A stretch of DNA of 64,000 nt from Candidatus Omnitrophota bacterium (GTDB lineage: Bacteria; Omnitrophota; Gorgyraeia; B26-G9), in the NCBI GenBank assembly GCA_018813905.1, contig JAHJAO010000086.1, forward strand, positions 702 to 64,701, given 5' to 3'. Below are positions 51,072-64,000 of the stretch, piece after piece. Every line of letters begins with the position of its first letter. Within the stretch, counting starts at the first letter, position 1. The notes beneath the pieces were generated by a model. It made no database searches. It was not told where the DNA came from and saw only the letters and a list, made by a program, of their open reading frames with translations. Made by a program: the position numbers and the translations under genes.

Positions 51072-51710
51072 TTATTCTTTACTTTTTTTCTTTTTCGCTT
51101 TTTTAACCACTAAATAAGAACCTTTGTGGCCGGGAACCGCTCCCCGAACCAGCAAGATATTATTATCCTTATCCACTCTTACCACTTCCAAGCTCTGTAC
51201 GGTAATCTTCTTATTTCCCATATGCCCGGGCATATGATGTCCACGCAATATCCGGCCGGGCGTGGTGTTTGTGCCGACAGAACCAATGCGGCGGTGGCTC
51301 ATAGAACCATGCGCTTCCGGCCCTCCGGACCATCCCCATCTTTTCATGCCGCCCTGAAAACCTTTACCGATGGATTTGCCCGCGATATCCACAAAATCCC
51401 CTTCTTGGAATATATCTACTTCAATCTTTTGTCCCGCTTTATATTCCTTAACATCATCAACCCGGATCTCCCGAATAAATCTTTTTGGAGTTACCGTCCC
51501 TTTTTTAAAATGGCCCAGTTGCGGTTTATTCGTCCTCTTCTCTTTTTTATCTTCAAATCCGATTTGAATCGCGCAATAACCGTTTTTATCCGCAGCCTTT
51601 ACCTGGACGACAAAACAGGGGCCGACGACGATAGCCGTAACCGGCACGCAGGTTCCGTCTTCCTTAAATATTTGGCTCATTCCAATTTTTTTTCCCAAAA
51701 TCCCAAACAT
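51072..51710 (-). CDS. rplC: 50S ribosomal protein L3
   Basis: Start set at ATG 51710 (MFGILGKKIGMSQIF; SD-like AAGGAAC upstream, immediately after the rpsJ stop). The track ORF extends 9 codons further. Confidence 0.9.
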   Translation of the reverse strand: MFGILGKKIGMSQIFKEDGTCVPVTAIVVGPCFVVQVKAADKNGYCAIQIGFEDKKEKRTNKPQLGHFKKGTVTPKRFIREIRVDDVKEYKAGQKIEVDIFQEGDFVDIAGKSIGKGFQGGMKRWGWSGGPEAHGSMSHRRIGSVGTNTTPGRILRGHHMPGHMGNKKITVQSLEVVRVDKDNNILLVRGAVPGHKGSYLVVKKAKKKKSKE

Positions 51711-51720
51711 ATTATGTTCC

Positions 51721-52023
51721 TTATTTAAGCTCCACATCCACGCCCGCCGGCAAATCCAGCCTTTTTAAAGCATCGATGGTCTTGGCGGTCGGTTCAATAA
51801 TTTCCAATAACCGTTTATGAATTCTTAGTTGGAACTGTTCTCTTGACTTCTTATCAATCACCGGAGACCGCAATACCGTATACAACGACCTCTTGGTCGG
51901 AAGCGGCACAGGACCGATTACTTTAGCGCCAGTTCTTTTTGCCGTGTTCACAATCTCTTCGGCAGACTGATCCAGAACCCGATGGTCATACCCTTTTAAT
52001 TTTATTCTTATCTTCTGCGCCAT
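51721..52023 (-). CDS. rpsJ: 30S ribosomal protein S10
   Basis: 100 aa. [20 protein letters not shown] canonical uS10. Confidence 0.95.
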   Translation of the reverse strand: MAQKIRIKLKGYDHRVLDQSAEEIVNTAKRTGAKVIGPVPLPTKRSLYTVLRSPVIDKKSREQFQLRIHKRLLEIIEPTAKTIDALKRLDLPAGVDVELK

Positions 52024-52052
52024 GTCCTTTACCCTTTCCTCTTCCTAAAAAT

Positions 52053-53258
52053 CTATTCTACGATTTCCGAGATAACACCCGCGCCGACCGTACGTCCGCC
52101 TTCCCGAATCGCAAACCGCAACTCCTTCTCCATCGCGATCGGTACAATCAACTCAACGTCCATCGCCGCATTATCACCCGGCATGATCATCTCTACATTC
52201 GCCGCTAAAGTAACCACTCCGGTTACATCTGTCGTCCTAAAATAAAACTGCGGACGATAACCCTTGAAAAACGGGGTATGCCGTCCGCCTTCTTCTTTCG
52301 TCAATATGTATACCTGCGCCTTAAACTTCGTATGCGGCGTAATCGAGCCGGGTTTAGCCACAACTTGGCCCCGCTCAAGGTCGGTCTTTTCGACGCCGCG
52401 CAAAAGCAGCCCGACGTTGTCTCCGGCCATGCCTTCGTCCAATAGCTTACGGAACATCTCAACGCCCGTAACTACCGTCTTCTTTATTTCCTTCTTCATC
52501 CCGATAATGGCTACTTCTTCTCCTACCTTGACCTTGCCGCGTTCCACCCGGCCTGTACCCACGGTCCCGCGGCCCGTAATCGAAAATACGTCTTCCACCG
52601 CCATTAAAAACGGCTTTTCTATATCACGCTGCGGCGTCGGTATAAAATCATCCACCGCCTTCATTAAATCCAATATCGACTTCACGTTCTCGCCGTCAAA
52701 TTTGCCCGCGTCGATCTCTTCCAGCGCTTTTACCGCCGACCCTTTGACGATCGGGATCTTGTCCCCGGGATATTCGTATTTCTTCAGCAAATCCCTTACT
52801 TCCAGCTCCACCAATTCCAGCAACTCCGCGTCATCCACCATGTCCGTCTTGTTTAGATATACTACTACCGCCGGTACGTTTACCTGGCGCGCAAGCAAGA
52901 TATGCTCCCGCGTCTGCGGCATCGGTCCGTCCGGCGCCGAAACTACCAGTATCGCTCCGTCCATCTGCGCCGCTCCCGTAATCATATTCTTGATGTAGTC
53001 GGCGTGCCCGGGACAATCTACGTGCGCGTAATGACGGGCTTCCGTTGCGTATTCGGCATGGTGTACGTTTATCGTTACGCCGCGCTCTTTCTCTTCCGGC
53101 GCGTTATCGATCTCATCGTAATTCTTCGCCTGTGCCAACCCCTTATGCGCCAAGACCTTTGTTATCGCGCTCGTTAAGGTGGTCTTGCCGTGGTCTACGT
53201 GCCCGATTGTACCGATGTTTACATGCGGCTTCGTTCGTTCAAATTTTTCCTTCGCCAT
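52053..53258 (-). CDS. tuf: elongation factor Tu
   Basis: 401 aa. [18 protein letters not shown] GTPase motifs. Confidence 0.97.
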   Translation of the reverse strand: MAKEKFERTKPHVNIGTIGHVDHGKTTLTSAITKVLAHKGLAQAKNYDEIDNAPEEKERGVTINVHHAEYATEARHYAHVDCPGHADYIKNMITGAAQMDGAILVVSAPDGPMPQTREHILLARQVNVPAVVVYLNKTDMVDDAELLELVELEVRDLLKKYEYPGDKIPIVKGSAVKALEEIDAGKFDGENVKSILDLMKAVDDFIPTPQRDIEKPFLMAVEDVFSITGRGTVGTGRVERGKVKVGEEVAIIGMKKEIKKTVVTGVEMFRKLLDEGMAGDNVGLLLRGVEKTDLERGQVVAKPGSITPHTKFKAQVYILTKEEGGRHTPFFKGYRPQFYFRTTDVTGVVTLAANVEMIMPGDNAAMDVELIVPIAMEKELRFAIREGGRTVGAGVISEIVE

Positions 53259-53278
53259 TGTTATCCCCCTTTATTATA

Positions 53279-55405
53279 TTAATACCTTTTTCCCACTAAA
53301 ACTTCCTGAATTTGCTTCGGAACCTCTGTATAATACGAAGGTTCCATTGTATAGGTTCCCCGCCCTTGTGTCAAGCTTCTTATCGCCGTCGCATAACCAA
53401 ACATTTCCGCTAAAGGGCAAAAACCACGCACTACTTTCGCGTTTGCCCGATCAGTCACTGATTCAATCTTGGACCGGCGCGAACCTAAATCTCCGATAAC
53501 ATCTCCCAAATATTCGGACGGGATTATCGCCTCGGTCGACATAACCGGTTCAAGCAATATTGAATTTGCTTTTCTCAATGCGTCCGTAAAGGCCATAGAA
53601 CCTGCCATCCGAAACGCGATATCCGAAGAATCAACTTCGTGGGACGAGCCGCCGATAAGTTTAACCTCGACATCAATGACCGGATACCCGGCTAAAACAC
53701 CGGCACAGGAAGAGGCCATTACGCCCTCTTTAATGTGCGGTATAAATTCTTTAGGAATTATATCTTTGGTCGTTTCGTTTATAAATACTACCCCTTTACC
53801 CCGGCTGGCTGGGGATACCTGTAAAACCACATGCCCATATTGGCCGCGGCCGCCGCTTTGCTGTATAAACTTTCCCTCTACGCGTACCAGTTTCGAAATC
53901 GTTTCCTTATACGCAACCTGCGGTTTACCAATACGGACTTCCACTTTGAACTCCCGGATTAAGCGATCGACGATTATCTCAAGATGCAACTCGCCCATGC
54001 CCGAAATCAAAGTTTCCCCGGTTTCATCATTAAGTTTAACTTTAAAACTCGGATCTTCCTCCTGAATTCTGTTTAACACCAACGCCAGCTTATCCTGCGC
54101 CGCCGTTGTTTCCGGTTCAATCGCCATAAAAATTACGGGGTCGGGAAAATGCATACTTTCTAAAACTATCGGATTATCCATATCACACAGGGTATCTCCG
54201 GTTTTTGTATTCTTAAGCCCTACGGCCGCGGCGATTTCACCCGCATGCACCTCGCCTACCACTTCCTGTTTGTTGGCATGCATGCTGACGATCTTGCCGA
54301 TTTTTTCTTTAATTTTCTTATTAGAATTATAAATATATGTGCCGGATTTGACTGTTCCCGAATAGACCCGGAAAAACGTTAATTTTCCGACATAAGTATC
54401 CGACATAATTTTAAACGCCAATGCGCTCGTATATTCGTCATCGCTTACGGCGCGTTTAATAACATTACCCGACTCCGGCTCCCGCCCTTCCATCGGCGGC
54501 ACATCCAGAGGATTCGGCAAATAATCGCAGATCGCGTCCATCAACGGCTGCACGCCTATATTGCGCAGGCTTGAACCGCACAATACCGGAACATACCCGC
54601 ATTTTACCGTCGCCGTCCGGATCGCTCTTTTGATTTCCTCTTTTTCCGGCTCTTCATTATTAATAAAACGCTGCATTAAACCGTCATCCGCTTCGGCGGC
54701 GGTTTCAATCATTTGCATTCTGTATTTGCGCGCCTCGTTTAACAATTCCGGCGGTATCGGCATTTTTTTAAAAGATATACCCGACTTCTCCTGGGTAAAT
54801 ATAACCGCTTCCATATCGATTAAATCAATTACCCCTTTAAAAGAATCTTCCGCCCCAAAAGGGATTTGAACCGGGATAATTGTCGCCGCCAGTTTTTCCT
54901 TCAGCTGCTTCAACGTACCATAAAAATCACAGCCGATCCTGTCCATCTTGTTTATATACGCGATACTCGGTATATTATACCGCTGCGCCTGGCGCCATAC
55001 GGTTTCTGATTGCGGCTGGACCCCGCCTACCGCACACAAGACAATTACCGCTCCGTCTAACACCCGCAGAGACCGCTCCACTTCCACCGTAAAATCCACA
55101 TGTCCCGGAGTATCGATTAAATTAATCCGGCAATCTCTCCAAAAACAAGTGGTGCTGGCACTGGTAATTGTAATACCCCGTTCCTGCTCCTGCAGCATCC
55201 AGTCCATAGTTGCCGTTCCCTCGTCGACCTCTCCGATTTTATAAACCCGGCCGGTGAAATACAAAATTCTTTCAGTAGTCGTGGTCTTGCCGGCATCAAT
55301 ATGCGCCATGATGCCGATATTTCTGGTCTTTTCTAAAGAATATTGTCTATTCATCCGCGTAACGTCTTTGGTTTTACTCTGGTTGCGTATTTTAACTTTC
55401 TGCAT
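53279..55405 (-). CDS. fusA: elongation factor G
   Basis: 708 aa. [18 protein letters not shown]. The first 17 residues of the track ORF ([17 protein letters not shown]) are atypical, so the start may instead be the ATG at 55354 ([15 protein letters not shown]). Confidence 0.93.
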   Translation of the reverse strand: MQKVKIRNQSKTKDVTRMNRQYSLEKTRNIGIMAHIDAGKTTTTERILYFTGRVYKIGEVDEGTATMDWMLQEQERGITITSASTTCFWRDCRINLIDTPGHVDFTVEVERSLRVLDGAVIVLCAVGGVQPQSETVWRQAQRYNIPSIAYINKMDRIGCDFYGTLKQLKEKLAATIIPVQIPFGAEDSFKGVIDLIDMEAVIFTQEKSGISFKKMPIPPELLNEARKYRMQMIETAAEADDGLMQRFINNEEPEKEEIKRAIRTATVKCGYVPVLCGSSLRNIGVQPLMDAICDYLPNPLDVPPMEGREPESGNVIKRAVSDDEYTSALAFKIMSDTYVGKLTFFRVYSGTVKSGTYIYNSNKKIKEKIGKIVSMHANKQEVVGEVHAGEIAAAVGLKNTKTGDTLCDMDNPIVLESMHFPDPVIFMAIEPETTAAQDKLALVLNRIQEEDPSFKVKLNDETGETLISGMGELHLEIIVDRLIREFKVEVRIGKPQVAYKETISKLVRVEGKFIQQSGGRGQYGHVVLQVSPASRGKGVVFINETTKDIIPKEFIPHIKEGVMASSCAGVLAGYPVIDVEVKLIGGSSHEVDSSDIAFRMAGSMAFTDALRKANSILLEPVMSTEAIIPSEYLGDVIGDLGSRRSKIESVTDRANAKVVRGFCPLAEMFGYATAIRSLTQGRGTYTMEPSYYTEVPKQIQEVLVGKRY

Positions 55406-55432
55406 TATCTTTAATTCTCATTCCTCTAAAAA

Positions 55433-55900
55433 TTACCAACGAAAATGGGCAAAGGCCTTATTAGATTCAGCCATCTTGTGCGTATCTTCTTTCTTTTTTA
55501 TCGTGGCTCCTTCGTTATTATAGGCATCAAGCAATTCCTGCGCTAATCTTTCCTGCATGGGCTTGCCTTTGCGGGCCCGCGCAAAATTACGTATCCAGCG
55601 CAAAGCAATTATCGTACCCCGTTCGGAGCGTATTTCCTGCGGTACCTGATAAGTTGCGCCGCCGACCCGTCGGGGCTTTACTTCAAGTAAGGGCCTGGCG
55701 TTTTCCAGTGCTTTTTTGAGCACTTCCAAGCCGTTCTTACTGGTTTTCTTCTCTAAAATATCGAAGGCCGAATAGACAATCCGTTCAGCCAAAGATTTTT
55801 CCCCTTTAACCAAACAAATGCTTACAAGTTTAGCTACTAGTTGGCTGTTGTATTTCGGATCTGACTGAATCTCTCTTTTTATCGCGCGTCTGCGACGCAT
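55433..55900 (-). CDS. rpsG: 30S ribosomal protein S7
   Basis: 155 aa. Canonical uS7. Confidence 0.95.
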   Translation of the reverse strand: MRRRRAIKREIQSDPKYNSQLVAKLVSICLVKGEKSLAERIVYSAFDILEKKTSKNGLEVLKKALENARPLLEVKPRRVGGATYQVPQEIRSERGTIIALRWIRNFARARKGKPMQERLAQELLDAYNNEGATIKKKEDTHKMAESNKAFAHFRW

Positions 55901-55953
55901 GTTCCCTCCTTTAATTAATGCGCCCCGCTGCGGCGGGACGAATTATATTTTAA

Positions 55954-56328
55954 TTATTTTTTCGGCTTCTTTGTTCCATAAGCAGAACGGCTTCTTTTTC
56001 TGTCGCTAACCCCGGCCGTATCCAGCGTTCCCCGCACGATATGATACCGCACCCCCGGCAAATCCTTAACCCGGCCGCCTCTAACCAAAACAATCGAATG
56101 CTCTTGCAGATTATGCCCTTCTCCCGGAATATAAGCGGTAACTTCTATCCCGTTTGTAAGCCGAACCCGGGCAATCTTGCGCAGGGCCGAATTCGGTTTC
56201 TTCGGCGTCATGGTTCTGACCTGAAGACACACGCCTCGTTTCTGGGGACAGCGTTGCAAAGCCGGCGATTTTATCCGGCCGCCCGATTTTTTCCTGCCTA
56301 TTCTTATTAACTGATTAATTGTCGGCAT
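55954..56328 (-). CDS. rpsL: 30S ribosomal protein S12
   Basis: 124 aa. [14 protein letters not shown] and [10 protein letters not shown] canonical uS12. Confidence 0.95.
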   Translation of the reverse strand: MPTINQLIRIGRKKSGGRIKSPALQRCPQKRGVCLQVRTMTPKKPNSALRKIARVRLTNGIEVTAYIPGEGHNLQEHSIVLVRGGRVKDLPGVRYHIVRGTLDTAGVSDRKRSRSAYGTKKPKK

Positions 56329-56411
56329 AACCTCTTTTTCTCCTTAAGCTTTTTAACAGCCCTTCGCGAAATTCACTTAAGGGCTGAACGAATTTTGTGA
56401 AGCCCTGCTTT

Positions 56412-59400
56412 TTAACTTACTTCTACCGTATCTATAGCTTTTTCTTCGACAGCTGCGGCCTGTTCCGGTACTAATTCAACTCTCTGGTGCGCATGAAAGC
56501 CCGTACCCGCCGGTATCAGATGCCCCATGATTACGTTTTCCTTTAACCCTAAAAGCTCATCCCGTTTTCCGCTCGCAGCGGCTTCGGTTAATACCCGCGT
56601 TGTCTCCTGAAAACTCGCGGCCGAGATAAAGCTCTCCGTTGTAAGCGACGCTTTGGTTATCCCTAAAAGCAGCGGTGTCGCGCTTGCCGCTTTGCCTTTC
56701 TTCTCACGAACGCGCTTATTTTCTTCATCGAGTTTATATTTATCCACCTGCTGCCCGGGCAAAAATTCCGTATCGCCCGGATCTTCTATTTTGACCTTTT
56801 TGAGCATCTGGCGAACAATAACTTCGATATGTTTGTCATTAATGCGCACTCCCTGCAGACGATACACCTCCTGAATTTCATTAACCAAATGCTCCTGCAG
56901 CTGCTGCACGCCGCAAACTCTCAATATATCCTGCAATACTAAGGGTCCGTCCGTTAAAACCTGACCGGTGGTTACGGGATCCCCCTGATAGACATTTAGA
57001 TGTTTACCCGGCGGTATCAAATATTCTTTGCTCATTCCCGAAACACTTTTTATTATTATGCGCCGATGCCCTTTTTTGGACTCGCCGAAATTCACTATCC
57101 CGTCGATTTCGCTGATAATTGCCGGATCTTTCGGACGACGCGCTTCGAATATCTCCGCTACGCGCGGCAAGCCGCCGGTGATATCTTTGGTTTTGGTAAT
57201 CTTTCTGGGGGTCTTAGCCAAAAGCGCTCCCGCTTCTACTCCCTGGGCATCCTTTACCACGACATGCGCCCCTGAAGGAATGCTGTAGAAAGCGACTACT
57301 TCGTCGCTGGCGCCTAAGATTATAATCTGCGGATGATAATCTGATTTATGGTCGATAATTACCCGCTCCGTCAATCCGGTAGAACTATCCAGCTCTTCCC
57401 GCATAGTAACGCCTTCTTTAATATCCTCATAACGAACCCGGCCGCTGGCTTCCGTCAATATCGGCGAAGTGTACGGGTCCCACTTTACAAAAACTATATT
57501 TTTCTCGATATGTCCGCCGTCCGGCACGCTGATAATTGAACCAATCGGCACGCTATGCATTTCCAGCTCCCGTTCGGCGTCATCATGAATGCTGATTTGG
57601 CCGTTGCGGTTAAAAACAATGATTTCGTTATTTTTCGTAGTTACGGTCTTCAAATTATGATATTTTATAAACCCGTCATTTTTGGTCTTCATGAAAGATT
57701 GTTCAATAATCCGGGAAGCCGTTCCTCCGATATGAAAAGTTCTCATTGTAAGCTGAGTTCCCGGCTCTCCGATAGACTGGGCAGCAATAATTCCCACCGC
57801 TTCTCCCAATTCCGTCAATCTCTGCGTAGCTAAATTACGGCCGTAACACTTGGCGCAAACACCGCGTGAGAGCTCACACGTCAACACGCTTCTAATCCTG
57901 ATTTTTTCTATGCCCAGTTCTTCGATCCGGTCCGCTTTTTCTTCGGTAATTTCTTCCCCCTGCGACACAATTACTTTATCCGTAACGATATCTACAATAT
58001 TATCCAAAGCAATTCTACCGACAATTCTTTCCTTTAAATTTACCACGATTTCGTCGCCTTCGGTAATCGCGGAAATCATAATTCCGTTAAGTGTCTGACA
58101 ATCATCAATGGTAATAATCATATCCTGAGCCACGTCAATCAGCCGCCGGGTGAGATACCCCGCGTCTGCGGTTTTCAGCGCCGTATCCGCAAGCCCCTTA
58201 CGCGCACCGTGCGTAGATATAAAAAATTCAAGAACAGTCAATCCTTCGCGAAAGTTTGCCGTAATCGGATTTTCGATAATTTCGCCTGAGGGCTTGGCCA
58301 TCAATCCGCGCATACCCGCTAACTGTCTTATCTGCAATTTCGAACCCCGCGCCCCGGAATCCGCCATCATAAATATGGGGTTGAAATGATCCAGGCCTTT
58401 GAAAACCATTTCACTGATTGTATCGGTCGCGTGCGTCCAAAGGTCGATTATCTTATTATAACGTTCTCCCTCAGTTATGATCCCGCGTTTATATTGTTTT
58501 TCCACATTGGACACTTCCTGATGCACCTTTTCCAGGATTTTAACCTTTCCTTCCGGGATTTTTAAATCCTCCATCGAGATAGAAATGCCGCCGAGGGTCG
58601 CGTGCTCAAAACCGATCTTCTTCAAATCATCCAGCAGAATAACGATACGATGGTGGCCGAATTTTTTATAACATTCGGTAATTATTTTACTCAGTTTTGT
58701 TTTTTCCATCTGTTCATTAACATAACCAAAACCCGGCGGGATCAGCTGGTTAAATATTATCCTGCCGACGGTAGTTTCAATAAGTTCATGCCCCACCCTT
58801 AAGCGGCAACGTTCATGAATTTGTACCTGCTCGCATTGATAAGCGGTAATCGCCTCATCCATATCCGCAAATAATCTCAAATCCTCCAACTTAAAATTCG
58901 GATCTCTCGGCCCGACCGTAGTAAGATAATAACATCCAAGCACGATATCCTGGCTGGGTGCAATTATCGGCCGGCCGTCGGATGGAGTAAAAATGTTATT
59001 TGTCGCCAGCATAATCAAACGCGATTCCATTTGCGCCTCGGTAGACAAAGGCACATGCACCGCCATCTGGTCACCGTCAAAGTCCGCGTTAAACGCAGTA
59101 CATACCAAAGGATGAACACGAATCGCTTTTCCTTCGATTAACGCCGGCTCAAACGCCTGAATTCCCAACCGGTGCAATGTCGGCGCGCGGTTAAGCAATA
59201 CCGGATGTTCGCGGATAACCTCTTCCAAAATATCCCAGACCTCCAGGCGGGCGCGTTCGACCATCCGCTTTGCGCTTTTTACGGTATGCACCAAACCTCT
59301 TTCTCTTAATTTCTTTATAATAAACGGCTCAAATAACTCCAGCGCCATCTTTTTCGGCAATCCGCACTGGTGCAGTTTTAATTCCGGCCCGATAACGATT

Positions 59401-60434
59401 ACGGAACGGCCGGAATAGTCCACGCGTTTACCCAACAGGTTCTGGCGAAACCGTCCCTGCTTGCCTTTTAACATATCGCTTAAAGATTTAAGCGGCCTAT
59501 TCCCCGGCCCCAATACCGGCCGGCCATGGCGGCCGTTGTCGAAAAGAGCGTCAACCGCTTCCTGCAACATGCGTTTTTCATTGCGGATAATAACATCCGG
59601 CGCCTTAAGTTCTATCAGCTTCTTTAGGCGGTTATTCCTGTTTATAACTCTGCGGTAGAGGTCATTTAAGTCACTAGTGGCGAATCTGCCGCCATCTAAA
59701 GGAACTAACGGCCTTAAATCCGGGGGAATAACCGGCAACACTTTCAGCACCATCCAGCGCGTTTCATTCCCTGATTTTTTGAAATCTTCGATCATCTTTA
59801 ATGTCTTGGTAAGTTTTTTTATCGTTGCTTCCGCTTTCGCGTCTTCAAGCAGTTTACGTTTTTTCTTGCTTAGTTTGCCCAGATCCACTTCATCCAAAAG
59901 TATAGCGATAGCTTCGGCGCCCATCATCGCTTTGAATTTACTTCCATATCTTCCCAGATACTCCTGATACCGGTCTTCGGTAAGCAATTCTTTCTTTTTT
60001 AAAGGTGTTTCACCCGGATCAATAATAATATGTTCTTCGTAATAGATAACTTTTTCCAGTTCTCTCTGCGTTAAATCCAGAATCGCGCCCATACGCGAGG
60101 GCATCGCCTTAAAAAACCAAACGTGTGATACCGGCGCGGCAAGTTCAATATGCCCCATGTGTTCGCGCCGCACTTTAGAAAGCGTAACTTCCACCCCGCA
60201 ACGGTCACAAACAATTCCTTTATGTTTTATGCGTTTGTATTTACCGCAATTACACTCCCAGTCTTTAGTCGGCCCGAAAATGCGTTCACAGAAGAGGCCG
60301 TCTTTCTCCGGTTTCAAAGTCCGATAATTTATGGTCTCCGGTTTCTTGACCTCGCCAAAGGACCATGCCCGGATCACTTCCGGAGAAGCAATTTTAATTG
60401 ATATAGCATCAAATGCGTTGGCATCTTGTGCCAT
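56412..60434 (-). CDS. rpoC: DNA-directed RNA polymerase beta' subunit
   Basis: 1340 aa. Zinc finger [30 protein letters not shown] catalytic loop. Confidence 0.97.
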   Translation of the reverse strand: MAQDANAFDAISIKIASPEVIRAWSFGEVKKPETINYRTLKPEKDGLFCERIFGPTKDWECNCGKYKRIKHKGIVCDRCGVEVTLSKVRREHMGHIELAAPVSHVWFFKAMPSRMGAILDLTQRELEKVIYYEEHIIIDPGETPLKKKELLTEDRYQEYLGRYGSKFKAMMGAEAIAILLDEVDLGKLSKKKRKLLEDAKAEATIKKLTKTLKMIEDFKKSGNETRWMVLKVLPVIPPDLRPLVPLDGGRFATSDLNDLYRRVINRNNRLKKLIELKAPDVIIRNEKRMLQEAVDALFDNGRHGRPVLGPGNRPLKSLSDMLKGKQGRFRQNLLGKRVDYSGRSVIVIGPELKLHQCGLPKKMALELFEPFIIKKLRERGLVHTVKSAKRMVERARLEVWDILEEVIREHPVLLNRAPTLHRLGIQAFEPALIEGKAIRVHPLVCTAFNADFDGDQMAVHVPLSTEAQMESRLIMLATNNIFTPSDGRPIIAPSQDIVLGCYYLTTVGPRDPNFKLEDLRLFADMDEAITAYQCEQVQIHERCRLRVGHELIETTVGRIIFNQLIPPGFGYVNEQMEKTKLSKIITECYKKFGHHRIVILLDDLKKIGFEHATLGGISISMEDLKIPEGKVKILEKVHQEVSNVEKQYKRGIITEGERYNKIIDLWTHATDTISEMVFKGLDHFNPIFMMADSGARGSKLQIRQLAGMRGLMAKPSGEIIENPITANFREGLTVLEFFISTHGARKGLADTALKTADAGYLTRRLIDVAQDMIITIDDCQTLNGIMISAITEGDEIVVNLKERIVGRIALDNIVDIVTDKVIVSQGEEITEEKADRIEELGIEKIRIRSVLTCELSRGVCAKCYGRNLATQRLTELGEAVGIIAAQSIGEPGTQLTMRTFHIGGTASRIIEQSFMKTKNDGFIKYHNLKTVTTKNNEIIVFNRNGQISIHDDAERELEMHSVPIGSIISVPDGGHIEKNIVFVKWDPYTSPILTEASGRVRYEDIKEGVTMREELDSSTGLTERVIIDHKSDYHPQIIILGASDEVVAFYSIPSGAHVVVKDAQGVEAGALLAKTPRKITKTKDITGGLPRVAEIFEARRPKDPAIISEIDGIVNFGESKKGHRRIIIKSVSGMSKEYLIPPGKHLNVYQGDPVTTGQVLTDGPLVLQDILRVCGVQQLQEHLVNEIQEVYRLQGVRINDKHIEVIVRQMLKKVKIEDPGDTEFLPGQQVDKYKLDEENKRVREKKGKAASATPLLLGITKASLTTESFISAASFQETTRVLTEAAASGKRDELLGLKENVIMGHLIPAGTGFHAHQRVELVPEQAAAVEEKAIDTVEVS

Positions 60435-60467
60435 GTTTTTACCTTTCTGTTTTTTTATGTAGATTAT

Positions 60468-63400
60468 CTATCTACTTCTTTTTTTTTCCGGCTTTTCTTT
60501 ACCGTCTGTTTTCGATTCCGTACGCACATCCAGCGCTAAACTCTGCAGTTCTTTAACCAGAACGTTAAACGATTCCGGAGTGCTCGGATTCAACGCGTTC
60601 TCGCCCTTAACGATAGATTCGTATATCCGCGTGCGACCAATCACATCGTCGCTTTTTACGGTCAGAAGTTCCTGCAGCGTAAACGCCGCTCCATACGCTT
60701 CCAAAGCCCACACTTCCATTTCTCCAAAACGCTGTCCGCCAAACTGGGCCTTTCCTCCCAACGGCTGTTGAGTTACCAAAGAATATGGGCCGATGGAACG
60801 CGCGTGAATCTTATCATCAACTAAGTGGGCAAGTTTGACCATATAGATGTAGCCCACGCTTACTTTCTGGTCAAAATTCATCCCGGTAAAACCGTCCCGA
60901 AGAACAATCTTTCCATCCTCCGGCAGATTGGCTGCCTTTAATTCCTGCCTTAACTCCGCCTCCGAACATCCGTCAAATACGCTGCTGGCCACTCTAAATC
61001 CCAACACTTTTGCCGCCCAACCCAAGTGTGTTTCCAAAATCTGCCCGACGTTCATACGCGAGGGTACCCCTAAAGGATTAAGCACTATTTCCACCGGCGT
61101 ACCATCCGGTAAAAACGGCATGTCCTCTTCCGGTAAAATGCGGGCAATAACGCCTTTGTTGCCGTGGCGGCCGGCCATTTTGTCGCCCACGGAAAGTTTT
61201 TTCTTGCCGGCGACAAGGACAATTACTTTTTTCAACACTCCCGGAGGAAGCTCATCGCCTCTTTTTACTCTTTCGAGCTCTCTTTCCTGTTCTTCAATAA
61301 GTTCTTTTATCTGATCATCTAAAAGATCAATTATTTTCTTTATCTTCTCCGCGACCTCGGGTTTGTCCGCAATCTTGATACTATCTAAATCTACGCGGTC
61401 GATCTTTTTGATATCTTTTTTCTTTACGGTTTTGTTCGCGGGGATAAGGACGGCTCCGGTTTCTTCATCCAATAAACTTGCCGCGAGTTTTTTATGAAGC
61501 AGCAAACTATATAATTTTTGGTTGCGGTCCTGCTTCAATTTCTTTATCTGCTCGCTATAATATTTACGGATTTTATTAGCTTCCTTTACCTCCTCGCCCA
61601 TCTGCTCCTTGGACTTGCCTTTCACCCCTTTGCGGGTGAAAACACGCACGTCAATAATCACGCCTTCGATCCCGGGCGGAACAGTCAACGATGTATCTTT
61701 AACATCCTGCGCTTTTTCTCCGAATATCGCGCGCAAAAGTTTCTCTTCCGGCGACAATTCCGTCTCGCTTTTCGGAGTAACTTTTCCCACCAGAATATCC
61801 CCGGGGCTTACTTCCGCGCCGATGCGGACAATCCCGTCTTCGCCTAAATCTTTCAGCGATTCCTCGCCGATATTCGGGATATCGCAAGTTATTTCCTCAT
61901 TGCCCAGGCGCGTATCCCGCGCCTCGCACTCAAACTCTTCGATATGTACCGATGTATAGATATCTTCCTTTATGACCTTTTCGCTGATGAGGATCGCGTC
62001 TTCAAAATTATATCCCCGCCACGGCATAAACGCGACCAGAACGTTTCGGCCTAAGCCCAACTCTCCGTCTTTTGTCCCGGCTCCATCAGCGATAACCTGT
62101 CCCCGCTTTATCTTCTGCCCGACTTTTACTATCAGCCGCTGGTTGATACAGGTCGAGGCATTCGAACGGCTGAATTTTTGAAGATTGTAAGTTATGCCGT
62201 CTATAATAATCTTTTTGGCATCGGCATATTTCACTACGCCCTCACTCTTACAGATAACTATCGCGCCCGTATCCCGCGCAACTTTCGCCTCCATCCCGGT
62301 CCCCACAAGCGGGGCTTCCGTATCCAATAAAGGAACGGCCTGCCGTTGCATGTTCGAGCCCATCAGAGCGCGGTTTGCGTCGTCATGTTCCAAAAACGGA
62401 ATTAAGCTTGCGGCCACGCTTACAATCTGGCGCGGAGAAACATCCATATAATTAACGCCGTCTCTGGACATTTTCGGAAAATCTCCTTTATAGCGGCAGG
62501 AAATAAGATCGTTTATAAAACGCCCGCTTTTATCTATCGGCGCGTTCGCCTGGGCGATAACATACTGGTCCTCGATATCCGCGCTTAAATATTCTATTTT
62601 GTCGGTAACTTTCCCGTTTACTACCTTGCGATACGGGGTTTCAATAAACCCAAATTCATTAATGCGGGAAAAAGTTGTAAGCGATGCGATCAAACCGATA
62701 TTCGGCCCTTCCGGTGTTTCAATCGGGCAGATTCGTCCGTAATGCGAATAGTGTACGTCGCGAACCTCAAAACCGGCTCTTTCCCGGCTCAATCCTCCCG
62801 GCCCAAGCGCGCTTAAACGCCGTTTGTGCGTAAGCTCGGATAGGGGGTTTGTCTGGTCCATAAACTGGGACAGTTGGCTGCGGCCAAAAAAATCTTTGAT
62901 TACCGAAGACACCAGTTTGGAATTGACGAGATTATGGGGCATTACCGAATCCATATCATATATCCCCATTCTTTCCCGCACGGAACGCTCCATCCTGGCC
63001 AGACCAATCCGAAACTGGTTTTGAACTAGTTCCCCTACAGTCCGCACCCGGCGATTTCCTAAGTGATCGATATCATCCGTTTTCCCTTCTCCGTTTTTCA
63101 ATTTGATCAGGCTTTTAATAACAGCAATAATCGTTTTATTGTCCAGCGCCCGCATCTCCAGAGGCACTTTCATTTCCAGTTTCCGGTTCAAAACAAAACG
63201 CCCGACTCTTCCCAAATCATAGCGTTTATGGTCAAAAATTAATCTTTCAATCAAAATCTGCGCGGACTCGATAGTCACCGGATCTCCGGGCCGCAAGCGC
63301 CGGTAGATTTCAAAAAGCGCTTCCTCCTTATTAGTGGTACGGTCGCGTTCTAATGTATTAAGAATCTCCTGCCCGTCCGTGATAAAGCATTTTACCTGCT

Positions 63401-64000
63401 TTAATCCGGCGTCAAGTATCTGTTCGGCCATCTGCCGGTTAAGCTGGGTCCCGGTAGAAACTAAAGAATTCACTTTATCTTTCGGATTGGGGACATCTTC
63501 GGCCAGGATTAACGCGTTAATTTCCTCGGCCGATTTTTCCGATAGCTTTACTTCTTCTACCGGATAAAAGAGTTTTAAAATATCGGTATTGGACGAATAT
63601 CCAATCGCTCGCAAAAAAGTAGTCGCATAAAATTTGCGCCGGCGGTCAATATAGACATAAATAACATCGTTGTGGTCAAATTCAAATTCCACCCATGCTC
63701 CGCGGTAAGGAATAATCCGCGCCGAATATAACTTTTTACCGGATGTATGTATTGTGTGTTCAAAGCAAAGCCCGGGAGAACGGTGCAACTGGCTAACGAC
63801 AACCCGTTCATCTCCGTTAACCACAAAAGTGCCGACATCCGTCATCAGCGGCAATTCCCCTAAGTATACTTCCTGCTCCTTCACGTCTTTACCGGTACGC
63901 AGGCGTAATTTAACCTTAAGGGGCGAGGCATAACTCAAACAGCGCCGCTGACATTCCAAAACTTCATATTTGGGTCGATCGAGTGTATAGTTTACATATT
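60468..64000 (-). CDS. rpoB: DNA-directed RNA polymerase beta subunit (5' end runs off the window)
   Basis: The ORF stays open to the window edge. Upstream codons read ...[33 protein letters not shown], which corresponds to about residue 100-130 of RpoB. The track's 63959 start is an internal TTG. Confidence 0.95.
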   Translation of the reverse strand, partial: YVNYTLDRPKYEVLECQRRCLSYASPLKVKLRLRTGKDVKEQEVYLGELPLMTDVGTFVVNGDERVVVSQLHRSPGLCFEHTIHTSGKKLYSARIIPYRGAWVEFEFDHNDVIYVYIDRRRKFYATTFLRAIGYSSNTDILKLFYPVEEVKLSEKSAEEINALILAEDVPNPKDKVNSLVSTGTQLNRQMAEQILDAGLKQVKCFITDGQEILNTLERDRTTNKEEALFEIYRRLRPGDPVTIESAQILIERLIFDHKRYDLGRVGRFVLNRKLEMKVPLEMRALDNKTIIAVIKSLIKLKNGEGKTDDIDHLGNRRVRTVGELVQNQFRIGLARMERSVRERMGIYDMDSVMPHNLVNSKLVSSVIKDFFGRSQLSQFMDQTNPLSELTHKRRLSALGPGGLSRERAGFEVRDVHYSHYGRICPIETPEGPNIGLIASLTTFSRINEFGFIETPYRKVVNGKVTDKIEYLSADIEDQYVIAQANAPIDKSGRFINDLISCRYKGDFPKMSRDGVNYMDVSPRQIVSVAASLIPFLEHDDANRALMGSNMQRQAVPLLDTEAPLVGTGMEAKVARDTGAIVICKSEGVVKYADAKKIIIDGITYNLQKFSRSNASTCINQRLIVKVGQKIKRGQVIADGAGTKDGELGLGRNVLVAFMPWRGYNFEDAILISEKVIKEDIYTSVHIEEFECEARDTRLGNEEITCDIPNIGEESLKDLGEDGIVRIGAEVSPGDILVGKVTPKSETELSPEEKLLRAIFGEKAQDVKDTSLTVPPGIEGVIIDVRVFTRKGVKGKSKEQMGEEVKEANKIRKYYSEQIKKLKQDRNQKLYSLLLHKKLAASLLDEETGAVLIPANKTVKKKDIKKIDRVDLDSIKIADKPEVAEKIKKIIDLLDDQIKELIEEQERELERVKRGDELPPGVLKKVIVLVAGKKKLSVGDKMAGRHGNKGVIARILPEEDMPFLPDGTPVEIVLNPLGVPSRMNVGQILETHLGWAAKVLGFRVASSVFDGCSEAELRQELKAANLPEDGKIVLRDGFTGMNFDQKVSVGYIYMVKLAHLVDDKIHARSIGPYSLVTQQPLGGKAQFGGQRFGEMEVWALEAYGAAFTLQELLTVKSDDVIGRTRIYESIVKGENALNPSTPESFNVLVKELQSLALDVRTESKTDGKEKPEKKRSR

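Noticed and set aside
52264-52998. 244-aa plus-strand ORF
   Set aside because: Antisense to tuf. Ser/Thr/Pro-rich, typical of the shadow frame of a highly expressed, codon-biased gene.
53469-54065. 198-aa plus-strand ORF
   Set aside because: Antisense shadow of fusA.

Overview
This 64 kb window appears to be a single bacterial chromosomal segment of moderate GC (no 16S/23S present). It is probably from an uncultivated lineage, because several ribosomal proteins carry lysine/glutamate-rich tails and one has an unusual Cys4 motif. Every gene I can support, about 75 in total, is on the minus strand. From high to low coordinates the window contains: rpoB (5' end runs off the window), rpoC, the str operon (rpsL, rpsG, fusA, tuf), the complete S10/spc/alpha ribosomal-protein superoperon (rpsJ through rplQ, including secY, adk, map, infA, rpmJ and rpoA), and a metabolic block (aspartate aminotransferase, icd-like dehydrogenase, mdh, apbE, a 648-aa aconitase-family protein). 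Next comes an AT-rich ~3.9 kb insertion that I regard as the most unusual locus: it is bounded by 61-bp perfect direct repeats derived from the 3' end of a small cupin gene, and carries an M48 zinc-metalloprotease plus an 837-aa zinc-ribbon polytopic membrane protein. It is followed by a secreted HEXXH protein with its own sigma70-like promoter, an orphan trpB2, a DUF167/nfu/nikR trio, and housekeeping genes (tmk, holB, PSP1/ricT, metG, tatD, a DUF362 ferredoxin, a REC-GGDEF regulator, mtnA, thiL, tsaE, tsaB, alr). A type IV minor-pilin cluster follows: three pseudopilin-like genes plus two tandem paralogous ~272-aa exported proteins of unknown family. The window ends with an ilv/leu operon (ilvD, ilvB, ilvN, pilT, ilvC, leuA) that has pilT embedded in it, and a partial aroE. 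Other notable points: alr is split by a frameshift in an A9 homopolymer; uL24 has a Cys4 zinc-ribbon-like C-terminus; bL17 has a ~90-aa KE-rich tail; alternative hairpins lie between rpoC and rpsL. No tRNA, rRNA, CRISPR or transposase genes were recognised.
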